A stretch of DNA of 64,000 bases from Squalus acanthias (GCA_030390025.1 JASTWF010000033.1:4714001-4778000); one strand, 5' to 3'. Counted from the first letter of the stretch, positions 1 to 13,624 are shown. Notes: generated by a model not told the origin, from the sequence alone. Numbers and translations: made by a program.

Positions 1-572
1 AGCACCTTATTTTTCGATTCGGCATTTTATTGCCTGCCGGATTCAACACTAAGTTTAAAAACTTCAGATCATAACCTCCGCTCCCGTTTTCTCGGACGAC
101 ATGTGCTGGTAATGGAGGATGGCTCCACCAGAGCCACTGGGAGTGGAGGAGGTTTGGGCTGGGGCTTGGGGTGGCGATCCCGGTACACGGTCAGCGGGCT
201 GGCCCAAACACCTGGGGTCTACCCAACTTTGTCCGCCACATGTGCCCTACTACCCCTCCCCCTTGTTATTCTGCTGTAACCATTTACACCTCCTCTAGAC
301 CCATCTTCTGTTTCTTTAATTCTCCTATTCGCCTTGCACCATCATCCCTTTAGTCATTGAATCACTCCTGCCCTCCAACCAATCACAGAGATTCCTATTT
401 TTTCTATCCTTATGCTAAAGCACTTTTCTGTGACTCTATCATTGCTTTAATACCGATAATATCTGGAATCGTCCAGTTCTGATGAAAGGTCATGGACCTG
501 AAATGTTAACTCTGTTTCTCTCTGCACAGATGCTGCCTGTCCCGCTGAGTGTTTTCAGCATTGTATTTTTTA
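1..572 (+). mobile_element. 3' remnant of a Penelope-like retroelement (GIY-YIG C-terminus plus 3' terminal region)
   Basis: Bases 3-74 translate HLIFRFGILLPAGFNTKFKNFRS*, resembling the C-terminal end of Penelope GIY-YIG endonucleases. A hammerhead-like motif follows at 475-511, then a tail (tctccacagatgctgcc...gctgagt...cagcatt) that recurs at 52.3, 54.3 and 56.1 kb. Confidence 0.7.
475..511 (+). ncRNA. Minimal type I hammerhead ribozyme motif (Penelope-associated)
   Basis: Stem I agtt(475-478)/aact(508-511); core CTGATGA 479-485; stem II aggtc-atg-gacct; GAAA 500-503; very short stem III region. Confidence 0.65.
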
Positions 573-574
573 AT

Positions 575-3363
575 AAATTAAAGCTAGTATTAAGTAAAAG
601 GAGGAAGCTTGTAAAGTTGCCAGAAAACACGGTCAGCCTGAGGATTGGGATCTTTTAGAAATCAGCAAAGGGGGACCAAGAAATGGATAAAGAAAGGGAA
701 ACTGGAATATGAGCACAAATTAGCGAAAAATATAAAAACGGATTGTAAAAGCTTCCATAGGTATGTGAAAAGGAAAAGACTGGCGAAGGTAAATGTAGGT
801 CCTTTACACTCAGAGATAGGATCATTTATATTGGGGAATGAGGAAATGTCCGGGAAATTAAATAAATACTTTGTTTCTGTCTTCACGGAGGAAGACACAA
901 AAAACCTCCCAGAAATACGAGAAAACCAAGGGTGTGGCGTGAATGAAGAACATAATGGCCCAGAAATTGGAGTTCGATGGTTTCCGCGGGGGTAAGGATC
1001 CCCCGCGATATCGCACTCCTCGCCTACCTTTATGGTTTTGTCCCACACGAGCTTCAGTTCCTGGGCCTCTCCCTGGTGCCGGCGCGCAGTGTGTGCGTGT
1101 CCCAGAGGCGCAGTTAATTCGATGCGACCTCTGGGATCACGTGGGCCAGATAGAGCCAAAGGCAGCACACCATCTTTTATTCATTGTTTTGACGGCAAGA
1201 GCTGTCAAAACTATGAATACAACAAGCCCCCAAAAGAACAGCTAAACCTCAATTAAATTTAAAAAAAAGCCATCACATTAATAAAATAACTATAGTTAAA
1301 TAAATTAACCACTTTAAACAAAAATTTAAATTTTTGAAAAAATTTAAATTCTTTTTAAAAGTTATAAAAATGAACTTACCTTTCTTTAAAGTCTCTAAAA
1401 ATGATAAACCTGTTGAAAATTTTTTAAAATAATACTTAATTAACTACTTACCTTGTTAAAAGGGGGTCTTACGCCTGCTTTCTTTATGTGTAAAATCTTC
1501 AACACTTCCCTGCACTTTCAAACCTGAAAAAAAACTAAGTGCGCTGCGTCCGCACAACCTGTAGCGCGCACGTTGCTCACTTAGGAACCGCCCCCTTCGC
1601 AATACCCGAAGTATCGGTTTCCCACGCATGCGCAGTGCATGCAGGAAACCGGCACTTCGGGACCTCATACGCGAGAGTACACAGTTTGTACTCTCCCGTA
1701 TTCAGTCTAATTTTAGGGCCAATGAAATTATTATTCGTAAAAAAGCAGTACTAGCAAAATTAATGGGACTAAAAGTCGATAAATCACAAGGACCGGATGA
1801 CCGACATCCTCGAGTGTTGTAAGAGGTGGCCATTGGGATAGTGGACGCATTGGTTGTCATCTTCCAAAAATCTATAGATTCTAGAATGGTTCCTGCAGAT
1901 TGGAGGATAGCAAATGTAACCTGCTTTTTAAGAAAAGATGGAGTGAGAAAAGGGGATCTACAGACCTCTTAGTCTCACATCAGTCGTTGGGAAAATGCTA
2001 GAATCTATTATAAAGGATGCAAGCACTGGGCACTTAGAAACTAATAGTATGATTAGGCAGAGTCAACATGGATTTATGGAAGGGAAGGCCTGTTTGACAA
2101 ACCTATTGGAGTTGTTTGAGGATGTAACTACTGGAGTAGACAAAGGGGAACCGGCAGATGTGGTGCATTTGGATTTTCAGAAGGCCTTCGATAAGGTCCC
2201 ACACAAGAGGTTGGTAAACAAAATTAGGGCACATGGAATTGGGGGTAATATACTAGCATGGATTGGGAATTGGTTAACAGACAGGAAACAGAGTAGGGAT
2301 AAACGAGTCTTTTTCAGGATGGCAGGCTGTGACTAGTGGGGTACCGCAAGGATCGGTGCTTGGGCCCCAGCTGTTCACAATCTATATCAATGATTTGGAT
2401 GATGTGACTAAATGTAACATTTCAAAATTTACTGATGACACGAAGCTAGGTGGCAGTGTCAGTTGCTAAGAGGATGTGAAGAGGCTTCAAGGGGATGTCG
2501 ACAGGCTCAGTGAGTGGGCGAGAAGATAGCAGATGGCTTATAATGAGGAAAAATGTGAAGTTATCCACTTTGGTCGAAAAAACGGAAAGGCAGAGTATTT
2601 CCTAAATGGTGAAAGATTGGGGAATGCAGATGCTCAAAGGTACCTGGGTGTCCTTGTACATGAGTCACGGTAAGTGAATGTGCAGGTGCAGCAAGCCATT
2701 AGGAAGGCAAATGGTATGCTGGCCTTCATTACAAGAGGACTTGCATGCAGGAGTAAAGAAGTCTTCCTCCAATTCTATAGGGCCTTGGTGAGACCACACC
2801 TGGAGTACTGTGTACAATTGTGGTCTCCTTAGATAAGGAAGGATGTACTTGCCTTAGAGGGAGTGCAACGAAGGTTCACGAGATTTATTCCTGGGATGAC
2901 GGATCTGTCGTAGGTGAAGAGATTGAGTAAACTAGGCCTGTATTCTCTTGAATTCAGAAGAATAAGAGGGGTTCTCATTGAAGCATACAAAATTATTACA
3001 GGGCTTGATAGGGTGGGTGCTGGGAGAAAGTTTCCCTTGGCTGAGGAGTCTAGAACTGGGGGCCACAGCCTTTGGATAAAGGATAGGCCATTCAGGACAA
3101 GGATAGTAAGAAATTTCTTCACACAGAGGGTGGTAAATCTTTCGAATTCTCTACCCCAGAGGGCTGTGGATGCTCAGTCATTGGGTATATTCAAAACAGG
3201 TCGATAGATTGCTGAGTAGTAAGGGCATCAAGGGAAATGGCGATAAGGCCGGTGAATGGAATTGAGGCAGAAGATCAGCCATGATCTCATTGAATGGCGA
3301 AGCAGGCTCGAAGGGCCAAATATCCTACTGCTGCTCCTATTTCTTATGTTCTTATGTTCTTAT
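575..3363 (+). mobile_element. CR1 LINE, 5'-truncated and degenerate ORF2 (RT), interrupted by a MITE
   Basis: ORF fragments GLKVDKSQGPD, QHGFMEGKACLTNL, LDFQKAFDKVPH and LGLYSLEFRR; 3' tail of ttcttatg repeats at ~3340-3363; multiple stops and frameshifts. Confidence 0.92.
957..1720. mobile_element. Non-autonomous DNA transposon (MITE), PIF/Harbinger-like
   Basis: Imperfect TIRs ggcccagaaatt / aattttagggcc and a 3-bp TSD aat (954-956, 1721-1723). It splits the CR1 frame NEEHN|EIII. Length is 764 bp, and it is homologous in reverse orientation to 48215-48978. Confidence 0.8.
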
Positions 3364-3704
3364 CAGAATTAAAGCAGTCTCCGTATTTTGCATTTGCTCA
3401 TATACTTCCGCCTGGATATTAGGAGAGGCGGGTTATGTACGATGGCCGGAGGGTACGGGGTGGATGTGGAATATCAGACAGGATACCAGGAAGTCCAGCT
3501 ATTCCCGGACGTCGGGGTGTCTTAACTCCACAGCATACGTCCTTTCTCCTTGACTGGTTCCCCAGCCCGGAAGTCAGCCTGATTGACAGTCGGGCTTCCA
3601 GTCGGACGGGGTGGGGGGACTCCGGAGCAGGAACAGGTAGGTCGGATGGATGAAACCGGGTTGGATGGGGCGTCTGATCCCGTGATGTGTCTTATTAAGG
3701 ACAA

Positions 3705-6060
3705 GGGGATTTGACCTGTCCCGGGGGGTGTGACCGATCCCCGGGGGTTTGAACGGTTCTGGGACATTGACCGGTCCCGTGAGTTTGACCGGTCCCGGGG
3801 GTTTGACCGGTCCCGGGGGTTTGACCAGTCCTGGGAGTTTGACCGCTCCCTCGGGTGAGACCAGTCCCGGGGGTGTGACCGGTCCCGGGGTTTGACTGGT
3901 CCCGGGGTTTGACTGGTTCCAGGGGTTTGACCGGTACCGGGGGTTTGGCCGTCCCGGGGGTTTGATCGGTCCCGGGGTTTGACTGGTTCCGGGGGTTTGA
4001 CCGGTACCGGGGGTTTGACTGGTTCCGGGGGGGTTGACCAGTCCTGGGGTTTTCACCGGTCCCGGGGGTTTTGACCGGTCCCAAGTGTGTGACCGGTCCC
4101 GGGGGTTCGACCGGTACCGGGGGTTTGACCGGTCCAGGGGGTTTGACCGGTTCTGGGGGTGTGACCGGTCCCGGGGGTGGGACTGATTCCGGGGTTTTGA
4201 CCGGTCCCGGGGGTTTGACCAGTCCCGGGGTTGTGACCGGTCCCGGGGGTTTGACTGGTCCGGGAGATTTGACCAGTCCCGGGGGTGTGACCAGTCCCGG
4301 GGGTTCGATCAGTACCGGGGGTGTGACTGGTCCCGGAGGTTTGACTGGTCCCGGTGGTTTGACCTGTCCTGGGGGATGGACCAGTCCCCGGGGTGTGACC
4401 GAACCCGTGGGTTTGACTGGTCCCTTGGCTGTGACCGGTCCCGGGGGTTTGACCGGTCCGGAGGGGTTGACCAGTCCCAGGGGGTTGACCGGTCCCGGGG
4501 GTTTGACCAGTCCTGGGGGGTTTGACCGGTCCTGGGGGTTTGACCGGTCCCGGGGGGTTGACCAGTCCCGGGGGTTTGACTGGTCCCGGGGGTTTGACAA
4601 GTCCCGGGGGTTTGAGCAGTCCCGGGGGTTTGACTGGTCCCGGGGGTTTGAGCAGTCCCGGGGGTTTGACCAGTCCCACGGGTTTGACCAGTCCCGGGGG
4701 TGTGACCAGTCCCGGGGGTTTGACCAGTCCCGGGGGTTTGATCGGTCCCGGGGGTTTGACCACTCCCGGGGGTTTGATCGGTCCCGGGGGTTTGACCAGT
4801 GCCGGGGGTTTGACCAGTTCCGGGGTTTTGACACATCCCGGGGGTTTGACCAGTCCCGGGGATTTGACCAGTCCCGGGGGTTTGACCTGTCCCGGGGGTT
4901 TGACCAGTTCCGGGGGTTTGAACAGTCCTGGGGGTTGTGATCTGTCCCGGGGGTTTGACCAGTCCCGGGGGATTGACCTGTCCCGGGGGTTTGACCAGTC
5001 CCGGGGGTTTCACCAGTCCCGGGGGATTGACCAGTCCCGGGGGTGTGACCAGTCCCGGGGGTGTGACCAGTTCCAGGGGTTTGACCAATCCCGGGGGTTT
5101 GACCAGTCCCAGCGGTTTGACCGGTCCCGGGGGTCTGACCAGTTCCAGGTGTTTGACCGGTCCCGGGGGTTTGACCATTCCCGGGGGATTGACCAGTCCC
5201 GGGGCTTTGACTGGTCCCAGGGAATTGACCGGTCCCGGGGGTTTGACCGGTCCCAGGAGATTGACCGGTCCCGGGGGTTTGGCCGTTCCTGGGGGGTTAG
5301 ACTGGTCCCGGGGGTTTGACCAGTCCCGGGGGATTGACCAGTCCCGGGGCTTTGACTGGTCCCAGGGAATTGACCGGTCCCGGGGGTTTGACCATTCCCG
5401 GGGGATTGACCAGTCCCGGGGCTTTGACTGGTCCCAGGGAATTGACCGGTCCCGGGGGTTTGACGGGTCCTGGGGGGTTTGACCGGTCCCAGGAGATTGA
5501 CCGGTCCCGGGGGTTCTGCCGTTCCTGGGGGGTTAGACTGGTCCCGGGGGTTTGACCAGTCCCGGGGGTTTGACCGTTCACGGGGGGTTTGACCAGTCCT
5601 GGGGGTTTGACCAGTCCCGGGGGTCGGACCAGTCCCGGGGGTGTGACCGGTCCCACCGGATGTACCAGTCCCGGGGGTTTGATCGGTCTCGGGGTTTTGA
5701 CCAGTGCCGGGGGTTTGATCGGTCCCGGGGGTTTGACCAGTCCCGGGGGTTTGACCGGTCCCGGGGGTGTGACCTGTCCCGGGGGTTTGACCAGTCCTGG
5801 GGGTTTCACCAATCCCGGGGGTTTGACCAGTCCAGGGGGTTTGACCGGTCCCTGGGGGTTGTCTAGTTCTGGCGCTTTGACCGGTCCTGGGGTGTGTGGC
5901 CGCACCCGGGGTTTGACCGGTCCTGGGGGTATGACTGGTCCCGGTGGTTTGACCGGTCCCGGGGGGTTGACCGATCCCGGGAGTGTGACCGGTCCCGGGG
6001 GTTTTACTGCTCCCAGGGGGTTTGACCAGTCTTGGGGGTTTGACCGGTATCGGGGGCGTG
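3705..6060. repeat. 18-bp GC-rich minisatellite (tttgaccrgtcccggggg)n
   Basis: Direct tandem repeats over ~2.35 kb with internal palindromes gaccggtc and cccggg. It explains the long low-complexity ORFs here. Confidence 0.97.
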
Positions 6061-6097
6061 TCCAATCCCCAGTCTTGGAGATGTCCGATCCGGACAC

Positions 6098-7485
6098 AGA
6101 AACATAGAAACATAGAAGATAGGAGCAGTCAGTCTGTGCTGGTGTTTATCCTCCACATCAGTCACCTCTCATTGCATCGACCTCATCTCAGTCTCTCAGA
6201 ATATCTTTCTATTCACCGTTCTTGCATTTACTGGTTTAGTTTCATTCTGAAATAATCTAAATTATTTTCCTCAAGCACTTCCTGTGGTAGTAACATAGAA
6301 GATAGGAGCAGTAGTAGGCTTTTCGGCCTCTCGAGCCTGCTCCGCCATTCGATGAGATCATGGCTGATCATCCAAACTCAGTACCCTGTCCCTGCCTTCT
6401 CCCCATATCCCTTGATACCTTTAGCTTTAAGAAATATATCTAACTCATTCTTGAATATATTTAATGACTTGGCCTCAACTACCTTCTGTGGTAAAGAATT
6501 GCATAGGTTCACCCCTCTCTGGGTGAAGAAAATCTTCCTCATTTCTGTCCTAAATGGCTTACCCCTTATCCTTAGATTATGACCCCTGGTTCTGGACTCT
6601 CCGACCATCGGGCACATTCTTCCTGCATCTAGTTTGACCAGACCTGTCAGAATTTTATATGTTTCGATGAGATCCCCTCTCATTCTTCTATACTCCAGCG
6701 AGTATAAGCCCAAACGACCCAATCTCTCCTCATATGTCATTCCTGCCATCCCAGGTATCAGCCTTGTGAATCTTCGCAGAACTCCTTCCATGGCAAAAAC
6801 ATCCTTCCTCAGATAAGGCGACCAAAACTGCACACAGTACTCAAGGTGTGGTCTCACCAAGGCCCCGTACAACTGCAGCAGGACATCCCTGTTCCTATAC
6901 TCAAACCCTTTCGCATTGAAGGCCAACATACCATCTGCCTCCTTCACCGCCTGCTGCACCTGCATGATCTGGTGCACAAGGACACCCAGGCCTCTTTGCA
7001 CTACCCCTTCTCCCAATCTATTGCCATTCAGATAATAGTCTGCCTTTCTGTTTTTGACACCAAAGTGGATAACCTCGCATTTATCCACGTTATATTGCAT
7101 CTGCCACGCTTCTGCCCACTCACCCAAACTGTCCAAATCATCCTGGAGTTTCTCAGTATCCTCCTCGGAGCACACACGCCCATCCAGCTTTGTGTCATCT
7201 GCAAACTTGGAGATATTACATTTAGTTCCCTTGTCTAGATCATTAATGTATATTGTGAATAGCTGGGGTCCAAGGACCGATCCCTGCGGCACCCCATTAG
7301 TCACTGCTTGCCACTTGGAAAAAAGACCCATTAATTCCTACACTCTGCTTTCTGTCCCCCAACCAGTTCTCTATCCAGATCAATCCCTTGCCCCCAATCC
7401 CATGTGCCTTAACTTTACACGCTAATCTATTCTGCGGGACCTTATCGAAAGCCTTTTGAAATTCCAAATACACCACATCCACTTG
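6098..7485 (-). mobile_element. CR1 LINE 3' fragments (RT to tail), two stacked 3' ends
   Basis: ORF 6378..7331: [32 protein letters not shown]; catagaa tails at ~6100 and ~6292. Confidence 0.92.
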
Positions 7486-7489
7486 ACCC

Positions 7490-7810
7490 CAGGTTTCCAT
7501 CCATGGGGGGTTTCGGGCGTTGGGTAGAGTTTGGGGGATGGGGGGCGAAATCATTCCCTAGGCTCAGGAAGCCCGGCCAGCCGTAGTTAAACCTGTAAAA
7601 CAGAGTAAATCAGAGCCTGCCCGCCTCATTAAAATATTTAACTTGCCAACCCGCCTCCTGGGAGCGGTTCGCTGCCCGGCCCCTGTCCCGTCTCCGTTAA
7701 ACTCGGAAGCGGGCGGGTTGGAGGCGGGTTGGGGTCGGGAGGATATTGTTCAATTTTCACCTCTATCCTGACCCCAATCCGCCGGTTTTTGTGGTGTTAA
7801 AATCCAGCCC
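7490..7810. mobile_element. Probable truncated MITE-like element
   Basis: GC-rich and self-complementary internally (cccgcc / ggcggg), ending aaaatccagccc, which resembles the ccc-ending TIRs of the other MITEs. The left end is not found. Confidence 0.35.
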
Positions 7811-7884
7811 TTACTGTCTGGGCTCAGACACGGAGAATGTGTGATCAGTAATTTCCAGTCTCTTTTCCCTTCTGTGTTTTACAG

Positions 7885-8843
7885 TGAATTTGCTGGCGAT
7901 TGTGATCCTGTCCCGGGGAAAGTGCGGGCTCTCCACCTGCACCACTCGCTACCTGGTGGGCATGGCAGCGGCGGATCTCCTGATCATTGTCACTGAGGTC
8001 TTACTGAGGCAGATCAGTTGGTATTATTTCCCAGTGTCTTTCCTGGACATCACCCCTGTGTGTAGTGTTATCTTTGTCCTGGCCCGTGCAGCCACAGACT
8101 GTTCTGTCTGGTTCACCGTCACTTTCACCTTTGACCGATTTGTGGCCATTAGTTGCCAGAAGCTGAAAACTAAATATTGCAACGAGAAAACTGCGGCTGT
8201 GGTTCTGTCAACAACCGTCTTTCTACGCTGTTTAAAAAACGTTCCCGACTACTTTACAATTCAACCCGCGGAGATAATCGACAAAGTGCCGTGGTTCTGT
8301 TTCACAATCCCAAACTATTTCACTGAGCCCGGGTGGGTGGGATTTGATTGGTTGGATACGGTTTTAACCCCATTGCTCCCATTCGCTTTAATTCTGTTGC
8401 TCAACTCTCTGACAGTCAGACACATTTTAGTGGCCAGTCGAGTCCGTAAGGGACTGAGGGGTGAGAGCAAGGGAGAGAATGGCAGAGACCCAGAGATGGA
8501 GAGCAGAAGGAAATCTATGATTTTACTCTTCACCATATCCGGCAGTTTCATACTGCTGTGGATGGTGAATGTTATCGAATTCTTATATTATATCATTACA
8601 GAAACAAATCCCGCTGATTACACTGATTCTTTATATATCTTTCAAAAAGTCGGATATATGCTGCGGAATTTAAGTTGCTGCAACAACACATTTATTTATG
8701 GGGTGACCCAGTCCAAGTTCAGAGAACAGGTGAAGAGGGCGGTGAAATATCCGGTTACCTCAATTATTCAATTCTTTAATAATCAGAAACAACTGAGCGC
8801 AGCCCAAAGGCGGCTCCCAGTGTTTCCAGCCCAGGAATGTTAG
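7885..8843 (+). CDS. Terminal coding exon of a class A orphan GPCR (GPR139/GPR142-like expanded family); first exon not in window
   Basis: Polypyrimidine tract and acag acceptor end at 7884 (phase 1, (G)TG AAT = VN). Open frame to TAG at 8841-8843, with hydrophobic helices, AADLL (TM2), TFDRFVAI (DRY-like), CF in ECL2, TPLLP (TM5) and SCCNNTFIY (TM7). Confidence 0.88.
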
Positions 8844-9129
8844 ATTCAGCCCGAGACTGCCATCCACTGAATTACACCAGCAATCGCTGGAGATCTGAAG
8901 ATACAGCCAGCGGCGGGCGAGCACTGTGTTCAGGACTCGGCGCAGTTTCTGACTGACATTTCCCACATTGTCTTTCGGGACAGGACCACTAGTTTGCTGC
9001 TTTCACTCTGAGCACTTCTGAAAAGAGACCCTTCAGCGATTGAGGGCAGCAATTCATTCGCAGCTTCCAGAGTGAGAGCCCGGTCAATAGGTAGGCAGAC
9101 AGAGCTGAGCTGCAGTTCAGAGGATTATA

Positions 9130-9620
9130 TTACCTGGAATATACAGCACACAAACAGGCCATTCGGCCCAATCAGTCTGTGCTGTTGTTTATGCTCCACA
9201 CTAGTCTCCTCTCATGGCATCTACTTCATCTCAGCCTCTCAGAATATCTTTCTATTCCCTTTTCTAGCATTTGCTCGACTAATTTCATTCTGAAAGAATC
9301 TAAACTATTTTCCTCAACCACTTCCTGCGCTAGTATATTCCACATTCTAACAACTCTCTGAGTACAGTAATTGCACCTTATTTCCTTATTGGATTTATTA
9401 GTAACTATCTTGTATTTATAACCCCAAGAGTTGCATTCTCCCACAAGTGTAAACATTCTCTCCACATCTACCCTGTCCGAACCATTCATAATTTTCAAGA
9501 TCTCTATCAGGCCTCATCACAGTCCTCTGTCTTCTATAGCAGAAAGGTCCAACCTATTCAATCTTTCCCGATAGCTGCAATCTTTCAGTTCTGGTGCCAT
9601 CCAACTAAATATTTGTAAGA
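9130..9620 (-). mobile_element. Degenerate CR1 3' fragment
   Basis: ORF 9226..9498 contains TQRVVRMWNIL...VVE, the CR1 ORF2 C-terminus. Confidence 0.75.
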
Positions 9621-9629
9621 CCGAAGCTA

Positions 9630-10425
9630 TTGGCCCCCTTCACAAACTCCGTTGCCAAGCCACCGACTCCATCCCTCTCCTTAGCACCAGTTTAATGTTT
9701 GCAACCTTGGTGTCTTATTTGACCACGGGATGATCTTCCGACCGGATAAACACTCGGTCACCAGGACGGCTTAATTCCACCTCTGTAACATTGCCGAAAT
9801 TCGCCCCTGCCGCAGCTCATCTGCTGCTCAAACCATCATCCATGCCTTTGGTCGCTCTAGACTTGATAATACCAACTCTCTCCTGGCCGGCTTCCCATCT
9901 TCCACACTGCATAACTTGAGCTCATCCAAAGCTGTGCTGCCCGTAACCAAACCCACACCAAATCCCGGTAAACCACCACCCCTGTGTTCGTTGACCTACA
10001 GTGACTCCCGTTCTGGCAATGTCTCCCTTTTAAAATTATCATCCTTGCTTACAAATCCCTACATGGCCTCGCTCTCCCCACCTCTGCAAGCTCCACCAGC
10101 CCCACAACACACCCGAGATCTCTGTGTTCCTCTAATTCTGGCCTCTTACACATCTCCGATTGTAACTGCTCCACCATTGGCGGCTGTGCTTTCAGCTGCC
10201 TGGGACCTAAGCTCAGGAATCCCCTCCCTGAACCTCTCTGCTTCTCAAAATCTCCCTCCTCCTTTAAGATGCTGCTTAAAACTTAACTCTTTGACTAAGC
10301 TTTTGGTCATCTTGCCTAATATCTCCTTATGTGCCTCAGGGTCAGGTGTTGTTCAATATCGCTCGCGTGAATCGCTTGGGTCATTTTACTATGTTAAAGG
10401 CGCTATATAAATACAAGTTGTTGTT
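9630..10425 (+). mobile_element. L2-clade LINE 3' fragment
   Basis: Degenerate cttggtgtc..tttgac and tctagacttga...aactctctcctggccggc motifs (SRLD..NSLLAG-like); tail gttaaaggcgctatataaatacaagttgttgttg. Confidence 0.65.
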
Positions 10426-12520
10426 GTGAGTATTTTTTGCACTTTCTCCAGTTCTTCTATGTCCTTTTTATATTATGGAGACCATAACTCTGCACAGTTC
10501 TCTAAGTGTGACGTGACCCGGGTCCTATACATGTTTAATACAATTTACAAAGTATTACAGGACAGAGACAGGCCATTCGACTCAAAATGTTCATGTTGGT
10601 GTCCTTGCTCCACACAAGCCTCCACCCACCCTCCTTCATCTAACCCAGTAAAAATATCATTCTATTCCTTTCCCCCTTTAAATGTGTCTGTGCTATTCGC
10701 ATCAACTGCTCCTTATGGTAGCGAGTTCCACATTCTGACCACTCATTTGGTAAAAAGGTTTCTCCTGAATTCCCTATTAGATTTATTAATGACTATATTA
10801 AATCTATAACCCCAAGTTCTGGTCTCTCCTGCAAGTGGAAACATCTTCTCTAATCTACCCTTTGAAACCCTTTCATAATCTCAAAGAACACTATCTGATT
10901 ATCCCTCAGTCTTCACTTTCCTAAAGAAAAGAGCCCCAGCCTGTTCAGTCTTTCCTGACAGGTAAACCCTCTTAGTTCTGGTATCATTCTAGTAAATACT
11001 GTTTGTACCTTCACCAGTCCCTCTATGTCCTTTTTATAAGATGGAGACCATGTTCACAGTACACCAAGTGTGGTCTAACCAAGGTTCCATACAAGTTTAA
11101 CATAACTTCTATTCTTTACAATTCTATCCCTCTAGAAATGAACCCCAGTGCTTTCTTTGTTTTTATGGCCTTATCAACCTGCATTGCAACTTTTAGTGAT
11201 TTATGTAACTGTACCCTCACACCCCTCTGTCACTCAAACGCGATTAGAACTTATTTTTTCCAAGGAGTATGTGGCCTCTGTATTCTTCCTATTAAAATGC
11301 ACCACCTCACATTTCTCTATATTGAGGTTCATTTGCCAGTTACACGCCCATTCTGCCAGTTTATTAACGTCTTCCTGGATTTTGTCCCAGTCCTCCTCTG
11401 TATTAAGTATGAACCCCCATTTATGTGGCATCCACAATGTTTGAAATTGCACTTCCGATTCCTAATTGTTGAAGTAAATGGTGAACAAAAGTGTTCCCAG
11501 CACCGATCCTTGTGAAACACCACTTCCCACCACTGGCCAACTTCACTTCTTTTGAATTCTATTGCCTTAGAAATAACCCCAATTCATTGTTAACATTTTA
11601 ATTGCTTTGCTGTCCAGTGATACTGCTTTTAATTATTTGTTCACCTGTAGCCCTAGAGCCCATTGCTCTTCTGCCACGTTCAGTTTCTTATTTTCTAAGG
11701 TATCAGTGATTATAAAATCATGGAATGATACAGCACAGAAGGAGGCCATTCAGCCCACCGTACCTGTGCCGGCTCTTTGGTACAGCTGTCCAATTAATCC
11801 CACTCCACTGCTCTTTCCCCAGTATTTTATTTTACTTCAAGTATTTTTCCAAATCCCCTTTGAAAGTTACTATTAAATCTGCTTCCACCGCCCTTTCAGG
11901 CAGTGCATTCCGGATCACAACAACTCGCTGTGTAAAACAAAAGCTTCCTCATGTTGTCTCGGGTTCTTTTGCCAATCACATTAAATCTGTGTCCTCTGGT
12001 TACCGAACCCACTGCCACTGGAAACAGTTGCTTCTTAATTACTCTATTAAATCTATTTAGGCTTTTGAATACCTCTATCAAATATCCTCTTAACTTCCTC
12101 TGCTCAAATCAGAACAACCCCAGCTTCTCCAGTCTCTCCATATAACTGAAGTCCCTTGTCCCTGGTACCATTCTAGTAAATCTATTCTGCACACGCTCCA
12201 AGGCCTTAACATTTTTCTAAAGTGCGGTGCCCAGGATTGGACACAATGCTCCAGCTGAAGCCTAATCAGTGCTTATTAAAGTTTCAGCATAACTTCCTTT
12301 CTGTGTATTCTGCTGATTATTAATAAAGCAAAGGATCCCATCTGCCTTATTATCTTATATCCCAACTTATTCGGCCGCTTTCAAAGATTAGTGTACATAC
12401 GTGCCGAGGTCTCACTGTTCTGCACTCCCTTTAAAATTGTATGATTTTGTCCACATTGCCTTTCCTTCATTTTTCACTTCACAATTCTCTGTGCTAAATC
12501 GAATCTTCCAAGTGTCTGCC
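10426..12520 (-). mobile_element. Cluster of old nested CR1 3' fragments
   Basis: Translations WQMNLNIEKCEVVHF and VTRGHRFNV; several CR1 3'-end motifs (ggccattc). Confidence 0.75.
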
Positions 12521-13624
12521 TAATTGAATCAGAGTTCGGGTTACGCTGTAAGCAAAGGGATTGGATTCTGAACGAAACACCATCAGGGGAGTGTAGAATC
12601 ATGTCAGGGACTTCTCTGAAGCTCTCAGACCCTCCAGCCTGAGGAACATTTTATAAGGGTCAAGACACAGACAAATTTGCTTGTCATTTAGGGTCGTGCT
12701 TTTGGCTCCAACGATATTTTATTATGTTAATGCAAAATATTCCAGTAAACTGAGTAAGGAGATAACTGTATAGGCAGGAATGAGGGTCAGTTAGAAGGTG
12801 TTGTATGAATGACTTTTTAACCGCAGGTCAGCCATGATCGTATTGAATGTTGGAGCAGGATCGAAGGGCCGGAAGTCCTACTCCTATTCCTGATCCTATT
12901 TCTTATGCTCTCATGTTGACCAGTCAGTCTACGTACTCCTGAAGTCTATTATTATCCTCCTCATTGTGTTCTACATTTCCGAGTTTCGATGCCCTGTATA
13001 CCCAACTCTCGGTCATTAAAATATATCAAAGAGAGCACTGGTCCTAATAGCTACCCCTGGGGAACAACACTGTGTACTTCCCTCCAGTCTGAAAAACAAC
13101 CCGTCACCACTACTCTCTGCTTTCTGACCCTTAGCCAATTTTGTATCCATGCTGCCCTGTCCCATTAATCCCTTGGGCTAAAATGTTATGACCAGGTATG
13201 TCACGTGGTACCTTGTCAAACGCCTTTTGAAAGTCCATACACACACCAAGCGCACTACCCTCATGATGTTTATATTTTCGTACCAAAGTGCATCACCTCG
13301 CATTCATCGATGTATGTTTTCTAATTCCTATTGTGAGATGTCATGTAGAGAAATGTATCTTCAATATTTGAAGCAAATTATCAGTTTATTGAATAAAAAA
13401 CAATAATAATAAATAAAGGCAACCATCCACAACTGTGTGTGGATTTGCAATGTTATCAGAAAATCTGAGGATTTATTGCAGAGTAAACTCCTGGCTTGTC
13501 ACATTGTACTAATGCTTTTGGAAGAAGTTGGCGAAGATATAATTTATTACAATCAACAGAATTGCTCTTCTGTATGCTTCAGCCTCACTTTCTAACTTTC
13601 GAAATCTATTTATGCATCGAACAT

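Noticed and set aside
3574..6113. Long Pro/Gly/Thr-rich ORFs (up to 379 aa) on both strands, mucin- or collagen-like
   Set aside because: They arise from an 18-bp tandem repeat that is open in most frames, with frequent frame-breaking indels and no non-repeat coding context.
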